Shown here one piece after another: positions 1 to 13,719 of a stretch of DNA of 64,000 nt; positions within the stretch are counted from its first letter, which is position 1, and the number at the start of each line of letters is the position of its first letter. The notes under the pieces were generated by a model. The model made no database searches, had not been told where the DNA came from, and saw nothing but the letters and a program-made list of their open reading frames with translations. The position numbers and the translations under genes were made by a program. The stretch is from Octopus sinensis (taxonomy: Eukaryota), in contig NC_043000.1 of the NCBI RefSeq assembly GCF_006345805.1, positions 67,394,001-67,458,000 on the forward strand, given 5' to 3'.

Positions 1-1347
1 AGCATGCATGTATTGCATCTGAGCAGCTCCTAGTTCTAACAGAGAAATTCTATTCAGAATTCCAGTGCAGAATAATGTCAGAAATATCGACAATCGATAT
101 GATTTTCTCTATTTATCTTTCAGGGAAAATCTCGAGATCTTGATCTTAACAAAGCCTTTGACTTTGTAGTTACAGTAGATTTTTACCTATTCTTGAGAGT
201 ATTGGTTGTCTTTCCTGCCTTTCCTGCAGTTTGAAAGCTTTCCACAACGGCCTTCTCACCCGTATCAAAATTGCACATAATTCGTTTTGAAGTAAAGTCT
301 TGAGGCTGTATGATCACACTGACTTTTATATATATTTTTCTTAAGTTTTGAGTCACGATCTCAAGAAAATATAGAACTGATGAGAAATCTTTTAATACAA
401 CAAGTTTGAAAGCCAAAGTTAAAGGGGAAAATTTTTTATCTTAATCATAATGGGTGCTGACCAGTTTTTTAAGTAATAAAAAGGTAAATTTGATTATTTC
501 TAGTGTTTTTAGTATAAAAAATAATTGCACTACGTTTAAAGGTGCTGATTAGAAAAAAATTAGACATTATTTTCGGCCGAGTAAGCAACGGGTGTAAGTA
601 ATGCAAAAGTTTTTGCATAATAAAACTTCGTAAACGGGATAATAGCGGAAACGTTTTTGGTCGAGTACTGTTATTTTGTTGCATAACATGTGTGAAACAG
701 TTTATTTTCAGTTCGCCACTTTGGTATCATATGCATAAGAGCATTATATGAAACCCTATGAGACTCTCATAAACCCTATGAATTATTTGAGTTCCTTCCT
801 ATGCCGAGTACGTGCATATAAAACGGCAAATATGGCACCTGATGGCAAAGGAAAAGGTGTTTAATCTCACACCCTCGAAAAGATAACGTTACGAGTATAA
901 AATTCTCTATGAATAACTTGTTAAAATATTAAAGGCATAAATTCTTACTAGAGAATTTTGATTCGAAGATAGCTCATTCTCAAAGTGAATTGTCTTTTAA
1001 AATGTTTTAGATAAATTATGCTCTACTCTTGGAGTCACAGCACAAATGCTCTCGTTTGCGACACTTGTCAGAACTTTTCTGCGAGTTGTGGTAACACTAT
1101 ATTGAATCTTTTCAATTATGTCTTGTCTCACAAGCAACAATCCTAGATTTTGAAACCCCTTGTTGTTTGAATAATTTGAGAAATAATAAGATTCGTTGTG
1201 TTTGATAATTTCACCCTAAACAAGGGAATTTAATATAGATAAGTTTCATCAAATATAGGAAAACTACTGAAAAATAGTTTGAGAAAATTGAAGCTTGAGT
1301 ACAGATGACAAATTTGAAGTTTACCGCATATGCGTTATAATCATAAC

Positions 1348-1540
1348 GGCGGTGAGCTGGCAGAATCGTTAGGATGCTTATCGGCATTTCGTCCATCTTT
1401 ACTTTCTCAGTTCAAATTCCGCCAAGGCCGACTTTGCCTTTCAATCTTTCGGGATTGATGACGTAAGTACCAGTCGATGTAATCGACTAGCTCCTCTCTC
1501 GAAATTTCAGACCTTGTATCTACTGAAGAAAGGATTACTT
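1348..1540 (+). mobile_element. tRNA-derived SINE, family A
   Basis: A-box-like GAGCTGGCAGAATCG and B-box-like GTTCAAATTCC, then the GACTTTGCCTTTCA..CTTTCGGG..GAT...AAGTACCAG body seen in more than 10 copies in the window. Confidence 0.8.
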
Positions 1541-1899
1541 TTTTATGATGTACTTCTAAATTTCTTTACATCAATTTGAATAAGGAATCCAAAGCATTTA
1601 CCTTGCTTTACCGACTCACTGACAGATGGAAATTTGTTATCTATAATTGGAACTACAACATTGGTGAATGGAATTTGAGTTCATTCTTCATTAATGCGCC
1701 TCCTTTAACTATAAGAGTTTTTTTTAATGTTAGAATGTGTGGAAACTATTGGAAATAAATTTATCTTCTCTAGCCCAAGAACAGGCATAGTTGTATGATT
1801 AAGAAGCTCACTTTAGCAACCGTTTCGGTTCGGTCCCAATACACGCTAGTCCATCGTGTGTGTATGTGTATAAATAGGTATATATATGTATGTATATGT

Positions 1900-2130
1900 G
1901 TATATGTGTGGATGTGTATGCGTTTACTTATGTTTCCCTCATCACCACCACTTGCCAACCGGTGTTGGTTTTATTACGTCGCAGTAGCCTAGCGGTTTGA
2001 TAAAAGAGCCGGATATAATAAGTATCAGACTTTAAAATAAGTGCTGGAGCCGATTGTTCGACTAAACTCTTTTAGTCAGTGCCCCAGCATGGCCGAAATC
2101 CAGTGAGTGAAGTAAAAAGTAAAATATAGA
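1900..2130 (+). mobile_element. SINE family B, 3' half
   Basis: CTTGCCAACCGGTGTTGG...CCCCAGCATGGCCG...AAGTAAAA matches the 3' half of the full copies at 16471, 48028 and 52520. Confidence 0.7.
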
Positions 2131-4147
2131 CAAAAACAATGATAGCCCTTAGATAATTTCTGTTGATTGATATCTGACATATAATGATAAAAGGATACAA
2201 AGATATTCTTTATAGTGAAATTTCCGATAAAGATACTAACTGGACGGCCTTACTTTTCATTTCAGTTATGTCTATAAATAGAATTACGGTAACGGACGAC
2301 AAATCCAGCACAGCTTTTATCCATCCATCCATCTTTTCCGCTTACTTTTCCTGGAAGGATTGTTGGGGTAGAGTTCTTAAGCATTTCCTCCATAGGCTTC
2401 TACCAGAAGCAGCCATCACCACACTTTCCGGCTGGATTCCCATGTGTGACCAATTGAAACTAAGGATATTATATAACTATCTCGTTCTTAGTCTACTCCG
2501 AGGTCTTCTGCCAATTGGTTCTGCTGTAAAAATCCGTCTTTTACATGTTTCAGAGGTTTTGTACTGCAAGTCAAATATTGATCTTAGGAATCACTAGAAA
2601 ATCTACGCAAAGTGTGTAGTATTATGTTTATATAAGATGATTTCATCCAGATTTTAATATCCATTGATTGTTATGACTGAGGGTGATCTTACTTATCAAT
2701 GTTACAGTTTTAGGTTGGCACCTCTCAAAATTTTCATCAGATTACATGCAAAATATCTTTATGGTAGATTTGATTAAATTTTGAGGCAGATGCCTCTCCA
2801 GTTTTGTATTGAGGATTATTTCAATGTAATGTTTCTTAGATTTTCAGTTAAGTGTCGTTGATCCTAAGGTTTAAAGTAACTAGACAAATAATCGTTATAG
2901 CTTCTCTTGTAAGGCTGAAATGCATTTTTGTCATCTTAAAAGTCTCTTTGTATTATATTTTTGTCGCAAATCACAGTCAATATCTTATCAAGAAAGAAAT
3001 GTATATCTGTTATGCATTCCCCCACTCTCAAAACTATAATGATCCTTAGTGAATATGGACTATAAAAAAAACTCTGCTTTTTGACATACCAATCGCAGAT
3101 AATTTCTCCTAGTGTTAAAAAATATTTGTTGCTGAACATTAAATTACTCTATAATACATTGATATTGATTCCTTCACTGAATAGTTAAATTGTGAGCAGA
3201 AAACAACTGTGCATATACTATCAAGGAAAATTTATCATGCTGAAAGAGAAAAAAGTTTATTTATTCATTTATTTACTTATTTGTTTATTGCCAAACTCTT
3301 TACATAGGTAAGTAATACAGCTTATCGGTTCAGTGTAATCAGCAAAGTTTGAAAGACAGAGCAGCTTCCAGTGCTGTAATATATGAACTGGATAAATAAA
3401 TACCTGAACATAAAGAATAATGGTTTTCGAAAGGAAACGAAAATGAAGCGGCTGAAAAAATTAATTAATGTAATTGCTGCATGTAGTATCAATGTTATTG
3501 ATTTTATGCTTTTTAGAAAGGCCAATGTCGGATTTTAAGGTCATAAACGAGAAACAAATGACATTTCTTAACGTGGACTTTTTTTAATTTCCTGATTCAA
3601 ATTCTAATCAGATCGAAGAGCGTTCTTTTGCTTGATAAAGAGAAACATGTTCTTAAAAAATGTTACAAAAAGAAATTTTATTACAAAAGTTTTTAAAAAA
3701 ATGAAACTTGATGATTAACCCATTCAATTTCTTTATTTTTTCATACCACACTTAACTATAAATTAACAGGAAAAAAAGCTGTCTTTCTTTTACCAAAGAA
3801 ATCTTTTTCTAAGTATTACTATCTCTTTGCATTACGTTTTGATTAATTCCAAGCTTAATAAAGATTAATCAAATCTATATTTATAAAACTAAATTCGCGG
3901 TTCGAATCTGGTCTTTTGAGGTAGCATTTTCTTTCTTTTACCAAGGTTTTTTTTTTCCACTTGACAAAGCAAAATCGCCAGGGAGTTGAGTCTCTTAAAA
4001 GTTCATATGTTGCTTTTCAGTTATACATAGATAGATGACGCTCGTTGAGAACTAAATTTTATAATATAAAACCCAGATCCATACCCTCAGCATCATTACC
4101 AACTGTAACGTCATTAGGGTTTGTGTCATCCAATGTAGTAACTGATA

Positions 4148-4900
4148 TGAGGTGGTATCAAAGAGTTCCCGGACTAGGTATGCTTCATAAAAAATAACTT
4201 ATTTACCTAAGTGTTAACATCATCTCCATTGACATAGTCATCTTGCGCAGCAATACACCAGTCCCAGCGTTCTTGCCACTTTTAGAATCTGGCTTGGAAG
4301 TCGTTTTCCGTAAGCGAATCGAGGATCTTCTCCGCTTGGCTTGATCTCAACCATTGTATTAAAACGGCGACCTTTGAGCTGCATTTTCAGCTTGGGGAAA
4401 AGATGGAAGTTCACAGGTGCCAAATCTGGCGAAGAAGGCGGATGCAGAAGCGATATCATGTTGTTTTGGGCGAGAAACTCATGAATGAGGAGAACTCAGT
4501 GACAAGTAGGTGCATTGTCGTCATGAAGAATCCAATTCTTCGGGCACCACAGATCCGGTCACTTTCGCCGAATGTCCTTCCTCAAAGGCTTCAAAACATC
4601 GTAGTAGAACTCTCGATTGATCGTCTGGCCCTGGAGGGGGGCGAATTCTCGATGCACAGTACCGCGGATGTCGTAAATACGATGAGCATGATCTTGATTG
4701 AGCTGTTGCTATGTCATACCTTTTGAAGCACCCGTGACACTCGAAACATTGCGTACAATCCATTTCCTAGTCGTTGTAAGCTTGCCAAAGCATGTTCAAT
4801 ATCTCTGTAGCAAACTTTCTCGAGTTTAACGCAAGATTTCACGTTCGCTCTTTGGACCAGCTTCCTGTCCATGACAAAAATTGCAGATTACGTAATCACA
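4148..4900 (-). mobile_element. Internally deleted mariner (Tc1/mariner) transposon
   Basis: Minus strand gives an N-terminal QRANVKSCVKL..ATEILNML..TQCFE segment, WILHDDNAP and HPPSSPDLAPVNFHLFPKLK; a TIR-like TATGAGGTGGTATCAAAGAGTTCCCGGACT lies near 4147. Confidence 0.85.
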
Positions 4901-5640
4901 AAAACAAATTTCACAACTTTCTGCCCGAGGATGTAAGGCTTAGAGTGATGGTGGAGGATAGGCTGCCCATATGCTACGCATGTGGAGAGGAAGGCCACAT
5001 GAAGGCGAGGTACTCCCAGAGAGAACAATCTGAGAAGCAGAAAAGTGCGGACCAAGTGGTACACGTCGAGGTAAAGGAGACAAGAACAGAAGAAGAATTC
5101 ACGATAGTAAAAAGAAGAAAGAGGAGTGAAAGAGCAAGCTCTCCGTCAGAGAGGCAAAAAAGAAAACAGAAGTAGAGAAAGAGGTTGTGAAGAAAGTAAG
5201 AAGAGAGGAACGTGAAATGTTGATTGACAAAGAGATTGGAAAGGAGCTTGAAGAGGAGCTCAAGGAGGAGTTGCAGAAGGAAGGGACAGCAGCAAAGATA
5301 TTGGTTATACTACTGGAGGAAAAGGAAAGATATGTGAGAAATTGATCCGCCAGGACTAACGGTAGAATTTGATGAATTGCCACCAGTGGTAGAACTGAAA
5401 GATCTCGAACCTTTTATGAAATATTCAATAAGAAAAATAGCAGTAGCTAAATTCTTTTATTTGGGGAAAAAGGAAAAATGTAAAATTGTTTTATTATAAA
5501 AAAGAAAGAGAAAAATGATAAGGAAAAAACAAAGGGAAAATGAACGATCATGAACAGTGTATTTAAACGTTCAAATGGTACCGCATGGGAGTGGGGCCCA
5601 TGCAGCCATTTCATTTTCATTTTCATTCGTTTTGTTTTTT
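4900..5640 (+). mobile_element. LINE ORF1 (gag-like) fragment, probably Tx1/L1 clade
   Basis: LRVMVEDRLPICYACGEEGHMKARY is a degenerate CX2CX4HX4C knuckle, followed by a K/R/E-rich tail. Confidence 0.6.
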
Positions 5641-5739
5641 GTCCCCACTGTGGTGTCCTGTTTGTCATTGTGATGTCTCCTCAGTGTTATGGTCGTTCTG
5701 TCAAACTAAAGAAAGAGTACGTAGAAGGCGGTGAGAGAT

Positions 5740-8000
5740 ATTTATATCAATTGGAGTTAATTTTGTCGTGTCTTTTCTTACTTTGCCTTCAAGTAAAACT
5801 TGAAAAAGTTGATGAGTACTTGCTGGAAGTTGTAAGTATGTATCTCGGTTCTTTCAGTTTAGCCCACCACACAATTTCTTTTGCCATTTCTACGAGACAA
5901 GAAAATGGCTTACGTTTCCTAGTTAAAGGAAGGCGGTGAGAGAAATCTTTACAATGGACTCGGCTGATAGTCAAATCCATAGCTTTCATGACGAGAATTT
6001 CTTCGAAGACGTCATCTTCCACCCAACTAGTACTCTATAGAACGCCAACGTGAAAGGTCAAGCGACTGCACTGCTTGACTTATAGAAGGCTGTGAGCACC
6101 TGACAACTTTCAGGATGCTATGCCAAGTGCCCAATCTTGGTCACTACATAACTCAAAGTTACATTTCTGGTGAGAAGCTAAGCTATGGAAAGACATGCCT
6201 GAGAAAAGATTGTCAAATCTGTTCTAATTTACTTTAATGAGTTTTCGTAGCTTCCACTTCCTCAACACATGTCTGGATATCAATAGCCATAACATACAGG
6301 ACTATCAATTTAGCTGGCGTTAACAGCACATGAACTTTCTGACTAGTGGAACGCGTCGTTTCTACAAAAAGCGAAATAACCGATGTCTCAGTTCGGTCAG
6401 ACAAGAACTAGTGCCAAATAAGATGGCCAACTGGTAACATATAACAGAGGCCCTGAAACGGTGCGCATTCTCTACTGATGACTCCTGCTACCTACTGGCA
6501 TCTGGTATGCGAATTTTTCGAATAACTGCGTTTACACAAGCAAGCTGTTTCCAAGTCTCGGTTCTCCATCTGTCATGGATCGCCTTTTCTCAGTCTATTT
6601 CTGTTTGAGACTAGTCACCCTGCTTGCAAACTCCTCTCAGTCAAATCATCTGTTTAGTGCGTTACGACTCCGTCCGATGACATGGACTGCCTTTCCATGG
6701 TGCTGAGCTGCAAGATCACTGACTTTTAAGGTTAGTCTTTCTCCCCATCACCTTGCTTTTCGTTGTATCCGACACTATTACAGTGACGTTGTTTGCACAT
6801 AGTGATACGGCTCTCCCGCTCACCAGTCAGAGCTGGATGCTTCACAAACCCTTCAGTTTCTACAATAGTGGCTCGAAAACTAATGCGCTCAGAATAAGTG
6901 AGAGAGAACACTTCTGACGTACTGAATGCTGGATTCGAAACAGTTTCAGTAAGTGAGCATTTACCCTGATCAGTAAGCGAATGTCGCTGTGCATTGCAAC
7001 CATCCAGTCTCTTTAAACAGGCTGAAACCGGCTGTCTTGAGGACAGTCATCAAGTATCTGACCTTACCAGAAATTTTCGATTGATCAAAGGGCCCTATCA
7101 AAGCTAGCTTTACTATCTATCTTTTCTTTGATGTATGAAATAAATTGCGCATGTCTGTGCTTTCCCGGCAACACTCTTTACCACAAGAAGCAACCACTTT
7201 GGCCAAAATTTTGAAGACCGCTTTCATCAAAGTTAAGTTACAACCACTTAATACGGTCATTATTTCAGTTATTGTTATCATCCTTCCGAAACACTCCGCA
7301 TTTTCCGCCGAGGTAGGCACAAATGTCCACTACCGTCTCCTTCCCACTTACTCGCTCCGAAGAGTCGAGGGAATCGCCGCTATAAAACCGCACACAGCTG
7401 TTTGGAATCGAATGGCACCCGTTCGTCCCAGACCGTCAAACACCGAATTGCAAATTTGTCACACTTCTGATCCCTCGAACGTCTTTCTTTCCTTCCTTTC
7501 CTAGTGCACGTGCCTTAGTTATAACAATGTAATATTCATGTTTCAGGTTGAAGAAATGAGTGAAGGCCAAACTTTCAGCAAGCACGTTGGTCGCAACGTC
7601 TTTCCTAATCATTTCTAATTTACTCACAAACTTACCCTTTGAATATTTCGCTCTACTGCTACTACCTAGCTAAAACTTAAAGAACCTTTTCAACTTGCCT
7701 TCTTTAAAGAACAGTAGCACAGGTTGTTGACGATTGTCTCCACCGTCTGACGTTTAATTAAAAAGTTAATCTGCATACGCTGAGCGTCTGGAAAGATGCG
7801 TGTAGGTACTAGTTGTCAATCTACTTTCCATTGAACCTCAGAGTTTTCTGCATTAGGTGACCTTTAACTTTCCTTTGTCTGTTTTCCCTTGTTCATAAAC
7901 AAAGAAGAGTGATGTTTCTGCACGTATATGTGTTCGTGTCGTAATTTGTTGTGGAGTGGAGGGGGTGAGTAAATTAGGAAATTTACTTTTTGGTGGGTGA
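5740..8000 (-). mobile_element. Heavily decayed Tx1/L1-like LINE ORF2
   Basis: LTLMKAVFKILAKVVA resembles the RT motif ITLLN.D.KILAK; the C-terminal FSCLVEMAKEIVWWAKLK is homologous to FLCLVAVAKEVVWWTRLK at 35300-35581; many stops and frameshifts. Confidence 0.6.
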
Positions 8001-8199
8001 CACGTCCTGTTATTGTTGATGTCAGTGCGGTTCCTGCGCCTCTGCTATTAGTTGTGGTGCTGCTATTGTTGTTGTTACTTCTGCTGCTGTTTATGATGAC
8101 TTTGTTCTTGTTGTTTGTTATTATAGCTGTTGTTACTGTTGTGGTTGCATGCTGCTCTTGATGTTATTTTGGAGATGTCAGCAGCAGTGAGGGCTTTCC

Positions 8200-9350
8200 T
8201 TCTTTGAGACTTAACTGTAGATAGAAAGTCCTTGCTGATTTAAAGTAACACATACGTTGCACCTTTGCATTTTGCTCTCTGCCACCATGAAAGAAATCTT
8301 TAATCCGGCAAAATAATCAGGCTAGACAAAGCTCCAATTCTTTCTAGATCCAAATGGATCAAGAGATTCCTTCATATTTTCAACCAGTTCTCAAGATATT
8401 GCTTGTGTACCTCTTATATTTTGTCTCATTTTCAATGTTTCCCAAAACGGCCTTCATTAGCCAGCAAATGCTTATTTCTGGAGGCATATCTATGACTCTG
8501 ATTTTAACACACGATCACTCAGATATGTAGGTATATGGATTATTTTCTCATTGTTTTAGAAAGGCTATCGAGTAAATCTTTAATTTAGCTAATTATCTAT
8601 TATTATTTTTTCTCGATCTCAATGGGGAACCTAATATTGATCCGGATTTCAGGTAACTTCCTACTAAGACTTGGGTTGATCTTTCTGCCTGTATTTTAAG
8701 TTGTTAGCTACGCATCAATAGGTTACTGTCAGCCTCCTCATTTCCTCTATTTTCTGATTTTCCATCCTTACTTCCTCACAATTTTTTTGCTTGCATTATG
8801 TCTTCCATTGGTATTTCATTTCTTTCTGATATCCACGCTGCACTGCCAAAAGACCCAGTTTTCAGCTCTGCATAGCCGTGGCTTTTGCTGTTATTACTGC
8901 TTTCGGTACTGACAAACTCGATGGTCGGTGGAGGTGAGGGAGATGATTGGTACTGTGTGAGCATGTTTGTGCATGATGGGGTTGGTGCAGGCGGCAGTAT
9001 TATTACTCACGTCATTGTCAACAGCTGAAGTTGTGGTGGTGGTGGTGGTGGTTGTGGTATTAGAGACTTGCTGCTCGCAGTCGAGTTGGCAACAGCAGTG
9101 TTGCTGTCGGTAGAACTACAGTTGTATTTTCCTTTGTGACATTCATTTTTGTGGTTGTAGTTGCTTTTGTTGTTTATTGTTCGATACACTTTTGCCACTG
9201 CTGCTACATATCCTACATGACCTGCCCTCCTTCCTCGCTGGACATCAGGTCTAGGAAATAGTTTTAATTGAAACGGAAACAGCTCCTCCTTCAAAATTTT
9301 TTGCCCGCTGCCTTTCAAATTTACTGCCATGTTTATTACTTCTGAAAATT
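8200..9350 (-). mobile_element. Possible decayed ORF1 and 5' part of the same Tx1-like LINE
   Basis: Lies upstream of the ORF2 remnant on the same strand; IILPD..ISFMVAE weakly resembles LPEDVRLRVMVED of the 4900 ORF1; low-complexity P/S/T stretch. Confidence 0.3.
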
Positions 9351-9419
9351 TTCGAACTAATTTTATAGATCAGACAACAAACTTACTAACCGTCTTTCTA
9401 ATAATGCCAATAATAATAT

Positions 9420-9825
9420 TTAAAATTTTGACACAAGGTCAGCAATTTCGAGGGAACTGCTAAGTCGATTACGGGATTTGAACTCAGAATGGTAAGACGG
9501 TCGAAATGCCGCTAAGCATTTTGCCCGGCGTGCCAACGATTCTGCCACCTCACCGCCTTTTATAATAAGAGTAACAATAGTAATAATAATAGTTTTAAAT
9601 TTTGCCACAAGGGCAGCCATTTTGGTGTGGGGAATGTGTCAATTAAATCGAACCCATTGTTCCACTGGTACTTAATTTTTATCGACCCCAAAAGTATGAA
9701 AGGCAAAGTCGACCTCAGCGGAATTTGAACTCAGACCGTAGTGACGGGCGAAATACTGCTAAGTATTTTGTCTAGCATGCCGACGATTCTGCCACCTCAC
9801 CGCCTTAATAATAATAATAATAATG

Positions 9826-9861
<36 letters not shown>

Positions 9862-10290
9862 TAATAATAATAATAAATAATAATAATAATAATAATAACA
9901 GCAGCAACAACAACAACGATAATAATAATCCTTTCTACTAAAAGCACAAAGCCTGAAATTTTGGGGGAGGGGACTAGTCGTTTATCGACCCTAGTGTTTC
10001 ACTGGTACTTAATTAATTGACCCCGAAAAGATGAAAGGCAAAGTCGACCTCGGCGGAATAATAATAATCATAATGTTTCAAATTTTTGGCACAGGGCTAG
10101 TAAGTTTATGGGAATGGATTTTAGTCGATCACATCAACCTCAGTACCTAACTGGCTCTTTATTTTAGCAAAGCCGAAAGGATGAAAGGCAAAGTTGATCT
10201 ACGTGCAATTTGAACTCAGAGTGAAGAGTAGGAAGAAATACCTCTAAGCATTTTTGTCCGACGCTCAAAGAGTTGTATAGGGACATTGGC
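9420..10290 (-). mobile_element. Four head-to-tail family A SINEs separated by (AAT)n
   Basis: Repeated AAATTTTG.CACAAGG, GAAAGGCAAAGTCGACCTC and TTTGAACTCAGA units starting near 9420, 9595, 9930 and 10075. Confidence 0.85.
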
Positions 10291-10296
10291 AACTGT

Positions 10297-10348
<52 letters not shown>

Positions 10349-10559
10349 AAGAAAGAAATAGGCAGACAAACAGAGAGACAGAGAGAGAGGGAAAGAAAGA
10401 GAAAGAGTGAGTGAATGACATATATGATGACACAGCAACATCAAAGGAAGTTCAATCGCATTGGGAGAAAATATGAATAAACCATTCCGTGCAATCAAAG
10501 TGCACATAGGATTAGAAGAGAAAGATAAAAAAAAACGGTAATAGCACGACAAACGTGAC

Positions 10560-11050
10560 TCAGCATAACTCACGAGGAACTAACCAACACAGTACAGATT
10601 TAAGGCAACTGGAAAGCTATTGCAATTGGCAAAATTCGTTATTTCTCGCTGAAATGCCTTACTAGTAAGCTGTTGTTATGCAGTTATAACATTCAATTGT
10701 TATTAAAACTGATCAGAATAGACATATCAAAACAGCATAGAAAACAATTCATTCCCACGAATTAAAGCACCAAGAGATGCTCCCACAAAATAAACTGCAG
10801 ATGAGTAACATGATGCTAAGTACAAAACCTGTAGCTCTGCATTCAAGCATGTTTTTAATCTAGAAAGCAGTTACTTATTTGAGAAGGGATATTGTAAATG
10901 AATTCGTGATTGTAAAGAGCAGTTATTAGCGAACCACTCAATTATTAAAGGCAATAAGGAGAGGAAAAAAATTAGAGTAAAATGCATTTATGAAAAAGCA
11001 TTCAATAGCATACCGGTGATATCGGAGACACGATGTGTAAATAAAATAAG
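10560..11050 (+). mobile_element. Old R4/Dong-like RT remnant
   Basis: DCKEQLLAN and YEKAFNSIP resemble GCKDQLLIN and DYKKAFDSVPH of R4-clade RT. Confidence 0.45.
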
Positions 11051-11587
11051 CCAAAACTAAGACAGTATAAGCAATTATATCACTATAAGATAAAGAGATG
11101 ATAAAAAACTCAACTATACATCTCTAAGAAGTATCATTTAAAGACACTTCTTATTTCGTCTGTTCTCTTTTGAGCTTTAACTCCATTAACAAATCTACCA
11201 AATCAAACCTCCTCGGAGTTGGCTGAACTTATTCCACCCCAACTCAAGCATTTCTCTTCTCATTCGTTTCTCTTCTCCTCACCATTTCTAGGCTCGCACT
11301 AATCACTACATCTTTCCTTTCTCAGAACGCTGTCCTCTTGAAATTTCCTCTCTGCTCATGTCTTACCTGCAAGTATTCACTTACAGAAGTCCAAGAGGAG
11401 CATTAATGACATATCAACCTCATCGGTTTTCGATGACTTGCGAAATCTATGAGCACGACCCTTCCATCAAACCAGCTAGTAACAAACACAATGGATAATT
11501 TATTATAAACCATCTCCTTGTTTATGGCCTTAAGTGGTGTTTATATAGCATGTAGTAAATGTGGTGGAACTTACGGCAGAAGCAGTG

Positions 11588-11971
11588 CTACCTAACAACA
11601 TATCCGTCTAGATGGTTTCTGAAGGAGGAAGCTCTCGTGTTCAGATCTTCTTTGATGCGGATGTGCAACGGTCTTGTTGTGCTACCCGCATAGAACTTGT
11701 ATTTGTTCCATTGTATTCTATACACAACATAAACCCTTTGGCATAAATGTGTGTCACGGATGGAACAGTTTGTTAGTGTACATTGATTGTTGTCCCTTGT
11801 TCGTTTCTTAGTGAGGTGTCTTCTCAGAGAGGGGCCGGAGTGGGCTAGTTGTATGTCTAGCCCTTCTCTTCTTATGGCTCTTCTGATGGATGTAGTTATC
11901 CTCTCGCTAAAATAGGGTATTTTAAGGAAACATGTGTTGCTGGGTTTTCTATGAGTTTGAATATCTCTCAA
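11588..11971 (-). mobile_element. Penelope-like element, GIY-YIG endonuclease fragment
   Basis: FLKIPYFSE linker, Cys-containing spacer, then VVYRIQ...FYAGSTTRPLHIRIKE, the GIY-YIG pattern VVY..C..C..YIG.T.R.L..R..EH. Confidence 0.8.
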
Positions 11972-12094
11972 GAGTAATATTTTATCTTTAATATTTTACT
12001 TTTTCTGTCATTAGACTGCGGTCATGCTGGGGCACCACCATGAAGAATTTTTAACCGAATGAATCGACCCCAGTACTTATTTAATAATACCTAA

Positions 12095-13170
12095 AAGGAT
12101 GCATTTTGACCAAGAGGAACTGATGTTATCAGACGGTGTCCGACATTCGCCGGGTGTTTCGACACTAAACCGTAACGTTGGTAGTTCAGCGGTGGTGGCC
12201 AAATCACTGCTCCTCATCTCCTCATGGCTTCCAACTAAACTTCTCTGGCTAAACTTCATGGCTTCCAACTAAACTAAGCTGCCTCTCCCATCCTGCACAC
12301 AGCCAACCTTTGCTCCTTTCCTCTCATTCCAATGACTGTAAGCGTCCCCATGCCCACTGAGCAGGGAACCACCTGCGCCAACCGTGACGGGGAAAAACTA
12401 TAACTGCCATCCCTTTTCCCTGCAATCCTACAGAAGGCTCCCATGCTTGGCACGTTTCACTTCGTGGGGCTGATCCCACCCTTCTTCCCTCGGTACTGTG
12501 AGCTCAGTCAAGATCATTTTCTTGGTCTTTTCAGACCACAGGACCACATCTGACCTTAGAGTTGTATGGACGACCTAGGGAAACTGCAGTCCCTCCCCCA
12601 AGTTCACTTTCATATTCCATGACTGGGATTCATGCTGCAAGCTATGTGTCTTTCTTGTTGTCCTTACTGGCCTCTCTCCTTCTTTTACGAACTTAATTGC
12701 TGTTGTTGTGTTCACCTGATGATGATGTGTCTTGAGTACTTCCTGCTTCAGAATGTGAGCGAGTTTTGCAAGTACCTTATCATGACATAACTTGTATCCT
12801 CCTGAAGAAAGTACTACCCTGCACCCTATCAAGATGTCTGCCAGTGTACCCCTTTCTCCACAAAGTCTTCGCAGCTAGTTTTCCATCAAGCCCATCTGTG
12901 CAGGTTTGTTGGTGTTGGGAGCGTATCATACACAACCCGCAGCAAGAAGGAGAGGCGGAAAGGTTCCAGTCTCCAAAGGTCCGTCGTCTTAGGGAGGTCT
13001 CATTTAGTTCAGCCACACTGAGACACCAACTCTACAGCTCTTGACTTTCTTTCTTCCTCCTGGTTTCGCACTTCCGCCTGGATCGTGGCCTTCCTCCCAT
13101 TGATATCCGCTTCATTCCATTGTTGGAAATCGGAAGAACCGAAACTCTGGTGACCTCTGCAGATACCCCC
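12095..13170 (-). mobile_element. HERO-type RLE non-LTR retrotransposon, 3' portion with 3' UTR
   Basis: LCGERGTLADILIGC (decayed CCHC), CHDKVLAKLA (RHD-like motif), LRSDVVLWSEKTKKMILTELTVP and CREKGW: RLE motifs of the HERO/R2-related type; contains stops. Confidence 0.75.
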
Positions 13171-13225
13171 AATGATACATACATATATACGTGTCTGTGT
13201 GCGTGCACGCGCGCGTGTGTGTTAA

Positions 13226-13536
13226 GGCGCGTGGCTTCGTGCTTAAGGTATTCGGCTCAAGATCGTAAGGTCGTGAGTTCAATTCGCGGTGACGCGTTTT
13301 GTCCTTGTGCAAGACACTTTATTTCATGTTACTCCAGTCCACTCAGCTGGAAAAATTAGTAGTATCTGTATTTCAAAGAGTCAGCCTCGTCACACTTTGT
13401 GTCACACTGAATCTCCCTGACAACTACATTAAGGGTACACGTGTCAGTGTTCAGCCACTTGTATGTTAATTTCACGAACAGGCTGTTCCGTTGACCAGAT
13501 CAACTGGAACCCTTGTCGTCGTAACCGACGGAGTGC
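13226..13536 (+). mobile_element. tRNA-derived SINE, family C variant 2
   Basis: tRNA-like head (GGCGCGTGGCTT...GAGTTCAATTC); its 3' half (TGTATTTCAAAG...GTAACCGACGGAGTGC) is shared with the element at 24117-24496. Confidence 0.8.
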
Positions 13537-13566
13537 TTTTTTACATACACATACACTCACACACAC

Positions 13567-13621
<55 letters not shown>

Positions 13622-13719
13622 TATATATACATTTTTTCCAGGTGGAGCTATTAAGTTAGACATGGCCTGGGCCAAAGCTGATCGAATTTATCTAATCTAA
13701 CAAAATAAGGTTATATGTG

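Noticed and set aside
2300-3100. Possible PLE RT remnant on the minus strand
   Set aside because: Only faint motif resemblance; too decayed to support without a profile search
9420-10290. CRISPR-like repeat-spacer pattern
   Set aside because: The units are long divergent SINE copies, there are no constant short repeats or cas genes, and the context is eukaryotic
12120-12185. Type II hammerhead in the HERO 3' UTR (GTC-GAAA-CAC...CTGATAA on minus)
   Set aside because: I could not build stem III with a UH site or stem I, and the core is imperfect
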